IMG/VR virus record: IMGVR_UViG_3300042455_000321
Location: 27,068-91,067 of that record
Origin: a virus
DNA length: 64,000 nt
Reading direction: 5' to 3' (one strand)
Shown here: positions 8,621 through 16,733 of the stretch, one piece after another
Layout: each line of letters opens with the position of its first letter
Numbering within the stretch: position 1 is the stretch's first letter
Notes under the pieces: generated by a model
Told to the model about the DNA's origin: nothing
What the model saw: only the letters and a program-made list of their open reading frames with translations
Database searches by the model: none
Position numbers and translations under genes: made by a program

Positions 8621-9464
8621 CTTCAAATCAATATCTGTAAACCCTACTAACGTAGACTTTGACAATGATTACTCGTTGTCAATACTACTTAATGACCCTA
8701 TCTTTAAAAGAAAGGCAGCCCAAATGAAGAATGAAGAAGCTATGGAGCTATTCAAACTTTATAAGTCAACAGGTGAGTTAAAGTATAGAGATAAGATTGT
8801 TGAGGGTTACATGAAGCTAATGCTATATGTTGCTATTAAGTATTGGCAACCTGGGTTTTTAGTAAGTGACTTATTACAAGAAGCCGTTATGGGTTTCATG
8901 TTAGGGATAGACAAGTATAACAATGAGAAGTATTCAGAGTTTGGAAAGGCTAAGCTATCATCTTATTGCTTCTTCTATAGCAGGAAATACATAATAGACT
9001 TTATAGAAAAGAATAAATGTATAGTAAAGATTACCTACTCACCGTTAAGAGCATCACAAAAACTTAAGAAGATGATGGACACAGCAGTAGCTGTAATGGA
9101 GTTGGACGAAAGAATGATACCTTTAGATGTTGTATTAAAACAAAACGTAACTATGGAAATGGCAGCAGCACTCGGTGCACTATCTGCGACAACTGCAATC
9201 GTATCAACAAATAACCACGACGAGATAGACTTTGTATCCGATGGTGGTATATACTCTTATGAGATGTATAGCGTAACAGAATACGCTATTACATTTGAGC
9301 ATATCAATACCCTTAATGAAAAGGCAAAAGACTTATTACTATCTAAGTATAACCTGATAGAACAGACGTTTGATGATATGTGTAGTAAACACAAAGTATC
9401 TACGTCAAGTGGCAACAAGTTTGTAAAAGAAACTATAGCCCACTTAAAAAAATCTTTAAAATAA
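8610..9464 (+). CDS. sigma-70-family RNA polymerase sigma factor (divergent)
   Basis: Region-2-like RDKIV..Y.KL...VA.KY....SDLLQEAVMG...GIDKY and KLSSY..F; degenerate region 4 at C-terminus. Confidence 0.8.
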   Translation: MGNSFKSISVNPTNVDFDNDYSLSILLNDPIFKRKAAQMKNEEAMELFKLYKSTGELKYRDKIVEGYMKLMLYVAIKYWQPGFLVSDLLQEAVMGFMLGIDKYNNEKYSEFGKAKLSSYCFFYSRKYIIDFIEKNKCIVKITYSPLRASQKLKKMMDTAVAVMELDERMIPLDVVLKQNVTMEMAAALGALSATTAIVSTNNHDEIDFVSDGGIYSYEMYSVTEYAITFEHINTLNEKAKDLLLSKYNLIEQTFDDMCSKHKVSTSSGNKFVKETIAHLKKSLK

Positions 9465-9476
9465 TTCACAAATAAA

Positions 9477-9508
9477 TTTGGAAATGTTAATTTAAAATAC
9501 TACCTTTG
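9477..9508 (+). promoter_or_regulatory. Bacteroidota housekeeping-sigma promoter
   Basis: TTTG (9477-80), 20 nt, TACCTTTG (9501-08). Confidence 0.8.
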
Positions 9509-9521
9509 CTTTGGTAAAGGC

Positions 9522-9578
9522 GAGGTAGTCACTACGAGTGTGGGCTCACAACCCAATAGAGCGAAGCTATTCTACCTC
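9522..9578 (+). ncRNA. cloverleaf/four-way-junction 5' leader
   Basis: GAGGTAG/CTACCTC closing stem enclosing CACT/AGTG, TGGG/CCCA and ATAG/CTAT hairpins. Confidence 0.55.
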
Positions 9579-9608
9579 TCAATTTATAACAACTAAAACA
9601 ACAACACA

Positions 9609-10031
9609 ATGACAAATCTGTACAAGGCCCTTGCGGCATTCCAACAAGAAGTCCCTGTGATTCACAAGGCGACTCAAGGTTATGGTTACAGCTACGCTGA
9701 CCTACCTGCAATTTTCTCAATCATCAACCCATTAATGAAAAAGCATGGGTTAGGGTTTACGCAGATGATGACAGACATCGGATTGCAAACTACTATCTTC
9801 CATTGCGAGAGTGGTGAAGCTATTAGTTCAACTGCAACTATTCCTCAAGGCGTTCAGCTTAAAGGTATGAATGACTTCCAAGTATTAGGCTCTGCTATTA
9901 CCTACATTCGTAGATATGCATTGTCATCAGCACTTGGGTTAGTTACCGATAAAGATACTGACGCATCTGGCGAACAAACATCTGCACCACGTCAAGCAAG
10001 TTTTAACCCTAAAAAAGACCTTTCATTCTAA
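9609..10031 (+). CDS. erf: ERF-family ssDNA annealing protein
   Basis: YSYADL..I...INPL..KHGL, Q.LGSAITYIRRYALSSALGL...D.D. Confidence 0.92.
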   Translation: MTNLYKALAAFQQEVPVIHKATQGYGYSYADLPAIFSIINPLMKKHGLGFTQMMTDIGLQTTIFHCESGEAISSTATIPQGVQLKGMNDFQVLGSAITYIRRYALSSALGLVTDKDTDASGEQTSAPRQASFNPKKDLSF

Positions 10032-10828
10032 TGGCAAATCAATTATTTATGGACTGGTTGAACTCACCTGAGTTCCGCCTTTCCTTCTCGACCGCTAAAA
10101 ACTTATTAGACTCCCCTGCTAAATTCCAATGGGAGATAACAAACAAACTAATGTACGAACCTGATGAGCCTACCGAGGCTATGAGATTAGGTACTCTTAT
10201 CCATACATTAGTGTTAGAGCCACATGAGTTCGGTACTAAGTTTGTTATTCAACCTGACTTTGGTAGAACTAAACCTGAGTTAGAAAAGAAAGAACATTTC
10301 TTTCAAGAGAACAAAGGAAAGATTATTGTTAAGGATAAAGAAGTAGATAAAGCTGAGCGTTGTATTAAGTATATCCCTGACCACGTTATGGATATCATTA
10401 ACGCTGGCAAGACTGAGTTTGTTATTAATCAACCCATAGCTAACGTGCCTTTCAAGGGTATCATAGATTGCTATAACGAAGGTGTTATAGAGGTTAAAAC
10501 TACAAGCGAGTCATCTGCTGATAAGTTGATTGCTTCTTTCTTTAACCTTAAGTATCCTATGCAGGCTGCTATCTATAGCGTACTTGCTAAGAAAGAGTTT
10601 GGGTTAGATTACTATCCTAATACTACTTACTTGATTATCCAAACGGTAGCACCTTATAGAAGCTATTTTATAAAAGCTGATAAGGATTACCACTTGTATG
10701 GTCAGAAGTTATTGGATGTTGCATTAACAATTTATCACCACGTAAAAAAAGAAGGCTTATGGGATAAAGGTTGGGATATCCAATCAATCGGATTACCTGC
10801 ATGGGCATCAAAACAAATTGAAGAATAA
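10031..10828 (+). CDS. PD-(D/E)XK exonuclease (RecE/ExoVIII-like)
   Basis: LS.S.AK.LL.SP, AM.LGT.IH...LEP, KG.ID, EVKTT, Y.MQAA.Y. Confidence 0.85.
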   Translation: MANQLFMDWLNSPEFRLSFSTAKNLLDSPAKFQWEITNKLMYEPDEPTEAMRLGTLIHTLVLEPHEFGTKFVIQPDFGRTKPELEKKEHFFQENKGKIIVKDKEVDKAERCIKYIPDHVMDIINAGKTEFVINQPIANVPFKGIIDCYNEGVIEVKTTSESSADKLIASFFNLKYPMQAAIYSVLAKKEFGLDYYPNTTYLIIQTVAPYRSYFIKADKDYHLYGQKLLDVALTIYHHVKKEGLWDKGWDIQSIGLPAWASKQIEE

Positions 10829-10946
10829 CAGCCCGAAGTACAAGGGAACTCGAAGCACAGGCGTGGCATACCATAAGAACTGCTCGCTCCTAATCGTTGG
10901 TAGGCTTTGTTGGCAACTCAAAGGTGTATAGATAAAAGTTGCAAAT

Positions 10947-11029
10947 AGTCAGGTGGCGGGATTGGTAGCCGCATTAATGGGCAGTAAATCCATTAAAATT
11001 TATAGGTTCGAGTCCTGTCCTGACTACTA
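10947..11029 (+). ncRNA. tRNA-like RNA with extended anticodon stem
   Basis: Acceptor AGTCAGG/CCTGACT, Leu-like D arm, T arm ATAGG-TTCGAGT-CCTGT; 8-bp anticodon stem with loop CAGTAAA (no U33). Confidence 0.7.
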
Positions 11030-11040
11030 AAATAAAAATT

Positions 11041-11142
11041 ATGAAAAACGAAAAATATTGGAATGGATTTATATTAGGTTTCTTTATTGGTGGAATAATA
11101 GGAATATTCACATTAAGTTTAATTATAAAAGGAACATTATAA
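11041..11142 (+). CDS. 33-aa membrane peptide between tRNA-like RNAs (not in ORF track)
   Basis: MKNEKYWNGFILGFFIGGIIGIFTLSLIIKGTL*. Confidence 0.55.
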   Translation: MKNEKYWNGFILGFFIGGIIGIFTLSLIIKGTL

Positions 11143-11147
11143 AAAAT

Positions 11148-11259
11148 AGTCAGGTGGCGGAATTGGTAGACGCTACTAGAGCAAATGCCGAAGGTCTCCT
11201 TGGTGCACCAAGCAATGTCAACTCTTGAGACCATACAGGTTCGAATCCTGTCCTGACTA
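11148..11259 (+). ncRNA. tRNA-like RNA with ~60-nt structured insert replacing the anticodon/variable arms
   Basis: AGTCAGG/CCTGACT acceptor, GCGGAATTGGTAGACGC D arm, ACAGG-TTCGAAT-CCTGT T arm. Confidence 0.72.
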
Positions 11260-11261
11260 CA

Positions 11262-11358
11262 AAGTGGTAATAGACGAAAATGAAATTCCTGCTGTGATGT
11301 TAACTTAATCAGCACATTCAGAAGTAGAAATGAACAACCGCAAATTGTTCGCCACTTC
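11262..11358 (+). ncRNA. possible tRNA-shaped element
   Basis: AAGTGGT/GCCACTT 7-bp stem stacked on GAACAA-CCGCAAA-TTGTTC; internal TGCTG/CAGCA. Confidence 0.35.
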
Positions 11359-11359
11359 A

Positions 11360-11431
11360 GCCAAGTAGTGTAATGGTAACACTCCACCATTGTAGGTGGG
11401 AGACGCAGGTTCGATCCCTGTCTTGGCACTA
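11360..11431 (+). tRNA. degenerate tRNA (Thr-TGT-like) with 6-bp acceptor and 6-nt anticodon loop
   Basis: GCCAAG/CTTGGC, D arm GTGT-AATGGTA-ACAC, CCACC-ATTGTA-GGTGG, GCAGG-TTCGATC-CCTGT. Confidence 0.6.
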
Positions 11432-11467
11432 AAACCTTTCGGAGTATGGGTTAACCGAGTATATAAT

Positions 11468-11710
11468 ATGAGTACAACGTATGAGATGAGAGAAGGACAA
11501 GGGTCTTTATTCATCAACGAAAAGAAAACGTCAGACAAACAACCTGACTACAATGGTAATGTTCTTATCAATGGAAAGAAAATGCAAATGGCAGGTTGGA
11601 AAAAACAATCCAAGTCTGGCTCTACATTCTTATCAATCCAAATTAGCGAACCAAGAGAAGCATCTACTACATCGGCTAAGCCTGCTGTAAGCGATGACTT
11701 ACCATTTTAA
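11468..11710 (+). CDS. ssb: single-stranded DNA-binding protein (small OB-fold type)
   Basis: GSLF.N..K..DKQPDY.G, AGW, acidic DDLPF tail; start reassigned to 11468. Confidence 0.8.
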   Translation: MSTTYEMREGQGSLFINEKKTSDKQPDYNGNVLINGKKMQMAGWKKQSKSGSTFLSIQISEPREASTTSAKPAVSDDLPF

Positions 11711-11769
11711 CTAATCGGTCCACGGCTCTCGCTTAAGTGTGGGAGCTTGTTGGACCACTAACCCAGACC

Positions 11770-12831
11770 ATGAAAGAACAAGATATAAAATTAGCTATCG
11801 AACAAGAGTGTGATGCAGTAGGTATACCTATAACATCGGTTAAGCATTATTGGTATAAAGGTGAACACTTTTCTATCAATGCTCTTAACCCATACGATAG
11901 GGCTACTTCATTCTTGCAATCCATAGAAAAGATTTGTGAGACCTACCTTAAAGGTGGTATACGCAAACCCAAAGTAATCAAACAACTTGACACACCTGTA
12001 GCCATTAAGGTAACCCTTAGTGATATGCACGTAGGTCTTGAACCTAACCCTAAGAATGGTGGTATGTTTGAATACTCTTACAACAGAGATATATTCTACC
12101 ACAACATTGACTATGTCTATAGTCGAATACTTCATCATTACAACAGCAACGGCACTTTTGATTTGTTGATAATTGATGACTTAGGTGATGGGCTAGATGG
12201 TTACGAGGGCAAGACAACTCGAGGTGGTCATGACTTAGAACAGAACATGAGTTCTACTGAAGCGTTTGAAACCTTCGTGTCTGCTAAGCTTTCTTTAATA
12301 GAAAGATGTATAGATGAAGGCGTTGCTAACAAGTTCCTAATTAGAAACGTATGCAACGATAACCACGCTGGTAGCTTTGCTTCTATATCTAATATGGCTA
12401 TCAAGATGATACTTGACCGAGTATATGAAGAGTCGGTAGTTGATTTCTATATCCTTGAGAAGTTCATGAGTCACTTCACCTATGGCGACCATGCATTTAT
12501 TATTACCCATGGTAAGGACAATAAGTACATGTTCAAAGGATTGCCATATCAATTGAATGATAAGACCGTAGCGTTCATTAACGAATACATTGACCACTTC
12601 GGTATAGATAACAAGTTCATTCATCTTGAGAAAGGCGACCTACATAGGATAGGATATGATAGAACTAAGAAGTTTGATTATAGAAACTTCATGAGTTTTG
12701 CTCCCCCCTCTGCTTGGGTTCAGCATAATTTTGGAGATGGGTATTGTGGGTTCTCTATCCAGATTATCCCTAAGTATAGTGGGGAGATATCCCATACAGA
12801 TTACTATTTTGATTTAACTAAAAAGAAATAA
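11770..12831 (+). CDS. metallophosphoesterase-like protein
   Basis: SDMHVG, DLGDGLDG, NDNH, THG, GDLH. Confidence 0.8.
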   Translation: MKEQDIKLAIEQECDAVGIPITSVKHYWYKGEHFSINALNPYDRATSFLQSIEKICETYLKGGIRKPKVIKQLDTPVAIKVTLSDMHVGLEPNPKNGGMFEYSYNRDIFYHNIDYVYSRILHHYNSNGTFDLLIIDDLGDGLDGYEGKTTRGGHDLEQNMSSTEAFETFVSAKLSLIERCIDEGVANKFLIRNVCNDNHAGSFASISNMAIKMILDRVYEESVVDFYILEKFMSHFTYGDHAFIITHGKDNKYMFKGLPYQLNDKTVAFINEYIDHFGIDNKFIHLEKGDLHRIGYDRTKKFDYRNFMSFAPPSAWVQHNFGDGYCGFSIQIIPKYSGEISHTDYYFDLTKKK

Positions 12832-12833
12832 CA

Positions 12834-13223
12834 ATGGAAGAAATATTAGAGTCGTTTAAAGAAGACCCAAAGGTTTATATTTGTACTGAATGTCATAGAC
12901 CATACTTTACTAAAAGAAAGTCGCTTGATGCAGAAACAGTAACAAAATCTATCAGTAAGTATTACGGTGGTATTGATTTGAGAGAAAAGACTAGAAGACA
13001 AACCCATGTAATAGCTAGACAAATGGCTTTTAAAATTCTCCATAGTTATACATCGATGTCCCTTAAAGAGTGTGCTGACTATTACAAACCTGCAACCCAA
13101 GACCATACTACTGCCCTTCATGGCATAAGAATTATAAGTGATAGGATTAAGTACGAAGACAAAATTGCAGATGATTATAACAATATTATAGAACTAATAA
13201 TTAAAGACCATGACCTCAATTAA
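12834..13223 (+). CDS. stand-alone DnaA domain IV HTH protein with CxxC
   Basis: KTRR...VIARQMA, MSLKE.A, QDHTTALHGIR.I. Confidence 0.82.
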   Translation: MEEILESFKEDPKVYICTECHRPYFTKRKSLDAETVTKSISKYYGGIDLREKTRRQTHVIARQMAFKILHSYTSMSLKECADYYKPATQDHTTALHGIRIISDRIKYEDKIADDYNNIIELIIKDHDLN

Positions 13224-13341
13224 TGACACAGCTAGACGCATAGAAGAAATATGCAAACAGCTAGAACGCCACGCTAAGATAGAGCAAGACCTCAAAAGAG
13301 AGATAAGAGAACTAATGTTAAAACTTAAACTTAAATTATAA
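13210..13341 (+). CDS. small coiled-coil protein (not in ORF track)
   Basis: MTSINDTARRIEEICKQLERHAKIEQDLKREIRELMLKLKLKL*; TAATG coupling to next gene. Confidence 0.5.
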   Translation: MTSINDTARRIEEICKQLERHAKIEQDLKREIRELMLKLKLKL

Positions 13342-13670
13342 TGTCTGAAAATAAGTCAGCCGTATCGGCTTTGGCACGCGCTTTGATATATACTAAACTA
13401 GCAAGTGAATACTTTGACTTCTTTATTGTAGAAAGCGGTGTTAAGTTTGATGATAAACACTTCATCAAAACCAATAGCAATAAGTTAAAAGCAGTACTCA
13501 GAGACATGGGCATGGTGGTATCACCTAGCGTAAGAGATGCTTACGTTAAAGATATGGACAACGCACCAGCCGTAGACTCTATAGCTAACATCTATCTTAC
13601 TTTATCTGAGGCCAACAGAGTAGTATTAGAAGATTACGCAGAGGAACTTTTAAAAGGTCAAAAGAAATAG
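13341..13670 (+). CDS. hypothetical protein
   Basis: ORF. Confidence 0.7.
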   Translation: MSENKSAVSALARALIYTKLASEYFDFFIVESGVKFDDKHFIKTNSNKLKAVLRDMGMVVSPSVRDAYVKDMDNAPAVDSIANIYLTLSEANRVVLEDYAEELLKGQKK

Positions 13671-13695
13671 GATTTACAACAACACAACTCAAATC

Positions 13696-13718
13696 AAGGG
13701 GGACATTCGTCCCCTTTT
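13696..13718 (+). terminator. intrinsic terminator-like hairpin
   Basis: GGGGAC-ATTC-GTCCCC followed by TTTT. Confidence 0.55.
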
Positions 13719-13729
13719 AAATCTGTACC

Positions 13730-15577
13730 ATGTATAAAGAATTAGTATTAAAATCACTTCACAATAGGAACACAATCGTTCCAATAAACGAAATTACCTA
13801 TGAGCCTAGAGACTACGAAGCCTATCAAAGTCTTTTTCAATATAGTGCAGATATCCACGAGTACGTTCACCTACAAGGTGGTGTTAGTGGATTCAATGGG
13901 AAACTTTACACCAATAGCATATACCTGGACATCGACAATGCCACTAATGGCGCTGAAGCACGGAATAGCTTAATCAAACTTATCCGTTACCTTAACTCTG
14001 AATACAAAATCCACCCTGATGATTTAAAGATATACTTTAGTGGCAACAAGGGTTACCACGTAGAGATACCAGAAATTATGTTAGGGGAGATTAAAGGTTC
14101 AGAGGTACTTAACCAATTCGTTAAGGACTTCGTAATGAAGATTAAAGTAGGTAGCCAAGTAGCTGACATTGATACGGCTATCTATGATGCTACGCGTATC
14201 TTCAGATTGGTTAACTCTAAGAACATGAAGTCAGGGTTATTCAAGATACCAATAGGTTACGATGAGGTTATGGAACTTGGTGATACTGGCGTTAGAGAAT
14301 TGGCTAAAGTACCACGCACCGATTGGAAACTATCTAAGACCTACAACCCTAAGTTCAATCAAAAGTTAGCTGACCTATGGGAGTCAGTTGCTCAACGTGA
14401 TGCTGTTGTAGATTTAGGCGTAGAGAATATGGATAGCTTCTTTGCCCCTGCAACAGAAGGTGGACGTAATACCAAATACTTTGCTCAAGCGACTATGTTG
14501 TTGGAGAAAGGTTTATATCCTGATGCTGTGTACCAAATCGTACAGAACGCTAATCAATTATCTGGCAACCCTATCCCTGATGCAGAGATGCAGTTGATTA
14601 TGCGTCATGCCCAAGAGAAGCTAAGACGTAAAGGCTCAAGCAAGAAGGCTATGTTCAAACCACTTAGTGATTTATTACCTGAATGGGAACAAGAACAACT
14701 TGATGAGACCAACCCTATATGGACAGGGTTCAAGCGTATTGACGAGGATATGAAAGGAAAGCTTCGTGGTAAGCTAATCGTTGTAGCAGGTTACGCAGGT
14801 TCTAAGAAGTCTTTATTCTGTCAGCAAGTATTGTTACAGAACATTAGAGAAGGCAAGCAAGTAGGTCTATATAGTTCTATGGAGATGAGTTCATCTACCG
14901 TATTAGACAGAACTATATCCCAATCATTTAATAATAAAGATTACCAAGGCTCGGTTAGTGAGGCAGTAAGAAAAGCTTACCAAGCAGAGAAACAAGCAGC
15001 ACGCGAGTTCATTCAGAAGAACATTGTAGAGATGTATGGTAGTCGCCTTATGGTATCTTCCGATGGCTCTATGGATAGTAGCCATTACCGACAAGCATTG
15101 ATAGATACTCGTGAGCGTTTAGGTCGTGTAGACTTATTGGTAGTTGATGGGTTGTCTATGATGAATGGTGGTGAGAGCGAATTAGCAGCAGCAAACAAAC
15201 ATACCAAGGAACTTAAGGAGTTAGCTATTGAGTTCAACATAGCTGTCTTTCTTATCGTTCATGCGTCAAGAGGTGAGGCGTTAGATGCTCGTGACTTGCG
15301 CAATAAGATTAGAGGTAGCGAGAAAGTAATTGACAATAGTGATTGTGCTATTTATTTATCCCAAATTGTAGACCAAGAGAAGACATTAGATAACTTGACA
15401 GAGTATAGTAAAGACCAAGGTTATATTAGATGCTACAATAAGCGTGGGTCTGGTAACTATACCAATGTGGTATATGACTTTGACCAAAAGACTTTGCTTA
15501 TGACAGAGAGCGATACCGACCCAAGGACTGTAGAGGTTAAGGGAAAGAAAGGTAGTAGTGATGATGGGTGGTTATAG
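13730..15577 (+). CDS. AEP primase-polymerase / PriCT / DnaB-like helicase fusion
   Basis: YLDID, YFSGNKGYHV, DTAIYD..RIFRL; EGGRN; Walker A GYAGSKKS, SMEM, VVDGL, IVH. Confidence 0.88.
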   Translation: MYKELVLKSLHNRNTIVPINEITYEPRDYEAYQSLFQYSADIHEYVHLQGGVSGFNGKLYTNSIYLDIDNATNGAEARNSLIKLIRYLNSEYKIHPDDLKIYFSGNKGYHVEIPEIMLGEIKGSEVLNQFVKDFVMKIKVGSQVADIDTAIYDATRIFRLVNSKNMKSGLFKIPIGYDEVMELGDTGVRELAKVPRTDWKLSKTYNPKFNQKLADLWESVAQRDAVVDLGVENMDSFFAPATEGGRNTKYFAQATMLLEKGLYPDAVYQIVQNANQLSGNPIPDAEMQLIMRHAQEKLRRKGSSKKAMFKPLSDLLPEWEQEQLDETNPIWTGFKRIDEDMKGKLRGKLIVVAGYAGSKKSLFCQQVLLQNIREGKQVGLYSSMEMSSSTVLDRTISQSFNNKDYQGSVSEAVRKAYQAEKQAAREFIQKNIVEMYGSRLMVSSDGSMDSSHYRQALIDTRERLGRVDLLVVDGLSMMNGGESELAAANKHTKELKELAIEFNIAVFLIVHASRGEALDARDLRNKIRGSEKVIDNSDCAIYLSQIVDQEKTLDNLTEYSKDQGYIRCYNKRGSGNYTNVVYDFDQKTLLMTESDTDPRTVEVKGKKGSSDDGWL

Positions 15578-15618
15578 TGCATGAAATTTTCCAAAAATAA
15601 ATCACAAGATATTAACAT

Positions 15619-15846
15619 ATGAAACAACAAACAGCAGTAGAATACTTATTTGAAAAGCTTTGGGAAGAACCAAAGGATAAGCTAACTTGGCACACTATAT
15701 TAGAGAAGGCTAAAGAGAAAGAAAAGGAACAGCATAATGAGACAGCAGAAGATTGGTGGCATAAAGCAGCAGCTTATATAATTTCAATAAGTGAGCCTAA
15801 AAATCAAAGCTTTGATAAATATTATGAAGAAAGATTTAATAATTAA
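15619..15846 (+). CDS. hypothetical protein (KQTAVE-type small phage protein)
   Basis: MKQQTAVEYL...AKEKEKEQ...YY motif. Confidence 0.7.
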   Translation: MKQQTAVEYLFEKLWEEPKDKLTWHTILEKAKEKEKEQHNETAEDWWHKAAAYIISISEPKNQSFDKYYEERFNN

Positions 15847-15848
15847 CT

Positions 15849-16097
15849 ATGTGGACACAGACAACAACTAACGACAACCTGGATATACAGGAGGACACTA
15901 TAGTCCAATCAGTAATTGAGCAATACTTCCAACGCTCTCAACTAGGTATTAAAAAATATAATACCACGCTTGATAGAAATGACTTATCTTTGCATGAGTG
16001 GTTGGAGCACCTTAAGCAAGAGCTGATGGACGCAACGCTGTATATACAAAAGCTACAAAAAGAAATTGATGATAGTGGAAAAGAAAAGAATCCATAA
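15849..16097 (+). CDS. hypothetical protein, possibly all-alpha NTP pyrophosphatase-like
   Basis: RS.LG.KKY.TTL.R.D...WL.HL.QELMDA.LY. Confidence 0.6.
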   Translation: MWTQTTTNDNLDIQEDTIVQSVIEQYFQRSQLGIKKYNTTLDRNDLSLHEWLEHLKQELMDATLYIQKLQKEIDDSGKEKNP

Positions 16098-16476
16098 AAT
16101 ATTCATTCACGAACTGCCAAACAAAGTTCAACAGTCTAAACGCAAGGTTGCGTACATTAGTTGGAACACGCTGTTCTCTAGTCCTCACCACACGGTCAGG
16201 ACTAAACTTGTTAATGAGATGAAAAAGATTATTGAACCCTATTTGGCTTCACTAGTTTTGCTTAACCCTCCTGTTGCAATCCACTTGAAGTATTACTGTA
16301 ACAGAACTGCATATGACATTGATAATAAGACCATTTGGTTTAAAATTATAATGGACGTATTGAAAGGTTGGAAGCTGGAAGATGACACCGTAAAGTTTGT
16401 CAAGTCGGTATCTATTGAAGCTATAGTCCACAAAAACAAAATTGACTCAATGGAAATAATAATAACTGAACTATAA
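16066..16476 (+). CDS. rusA: RusA-like Holliday junction resolvase
   Basis: DIDN......MD.L.....EDD...V catalytic Asp pattern. Confidence 0.72.
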   Translation: MMIVEKKRIHKIFIHELPNKVQQSKRKVAYISWNTLFSSPHHTVRTKLVNEMKKIIEPYLASLVLLNPPVAIHLKYYCNRTAYDIDNKTIWFKIIMDVLKGWKLEDDTVKFVKSVSIEAIVHKNKIDSMEIIITEL

Positions 16477-16706
16477 TGGGAAAAGTATATATGGTAGATG
16501 TAGCTTGCGAGCTACCCAACAAGGAGAAAAAGACCTTTGAAAAGATGGTTATGGACGAAGAGCTATTAAATAGCGACCATAATAAAGCTAGGATTATAGC
16601 CCTAATCTATGAAAGAAAGTCTAAAAAGTACTTTGATAACTTCCATAAGGTTAAGATGAAAATAACCAAAATCAAGGAAATTAAGGGTATTTTAGAAGAC
16701 TTTTAA
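16476..16706 (+). CDS. hypothetical protein
   Basis: ORF with TAATG coupling. Confidence 0.6.
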   Translation: MGKVYMVDVACELPNKEKKTFEKMVMDEELLNSDHNKARIIALIYERKSKKYFDNFHKVKMKITKIKEIKGILEDF

Positions 16707-16717
16707 ACGTATTATAT
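16706..16717 (+). promoter_or_regulatory. putative late-promoter motif AACGTATTATAT
   Basis: Exact copy, 16 nt before ATG 16734. Confidence 0.75.
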
Positions 16718-16733
16718 AACATAATAACGAATT

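Noticed and set aside
10974-11538. Minus-strand ORFs 10974..11429 and 11305..11538
   Set aside because: Antisense shadows of the tRNA-like elements; translations such as TGLEP and QGSNL are reversed T-arms
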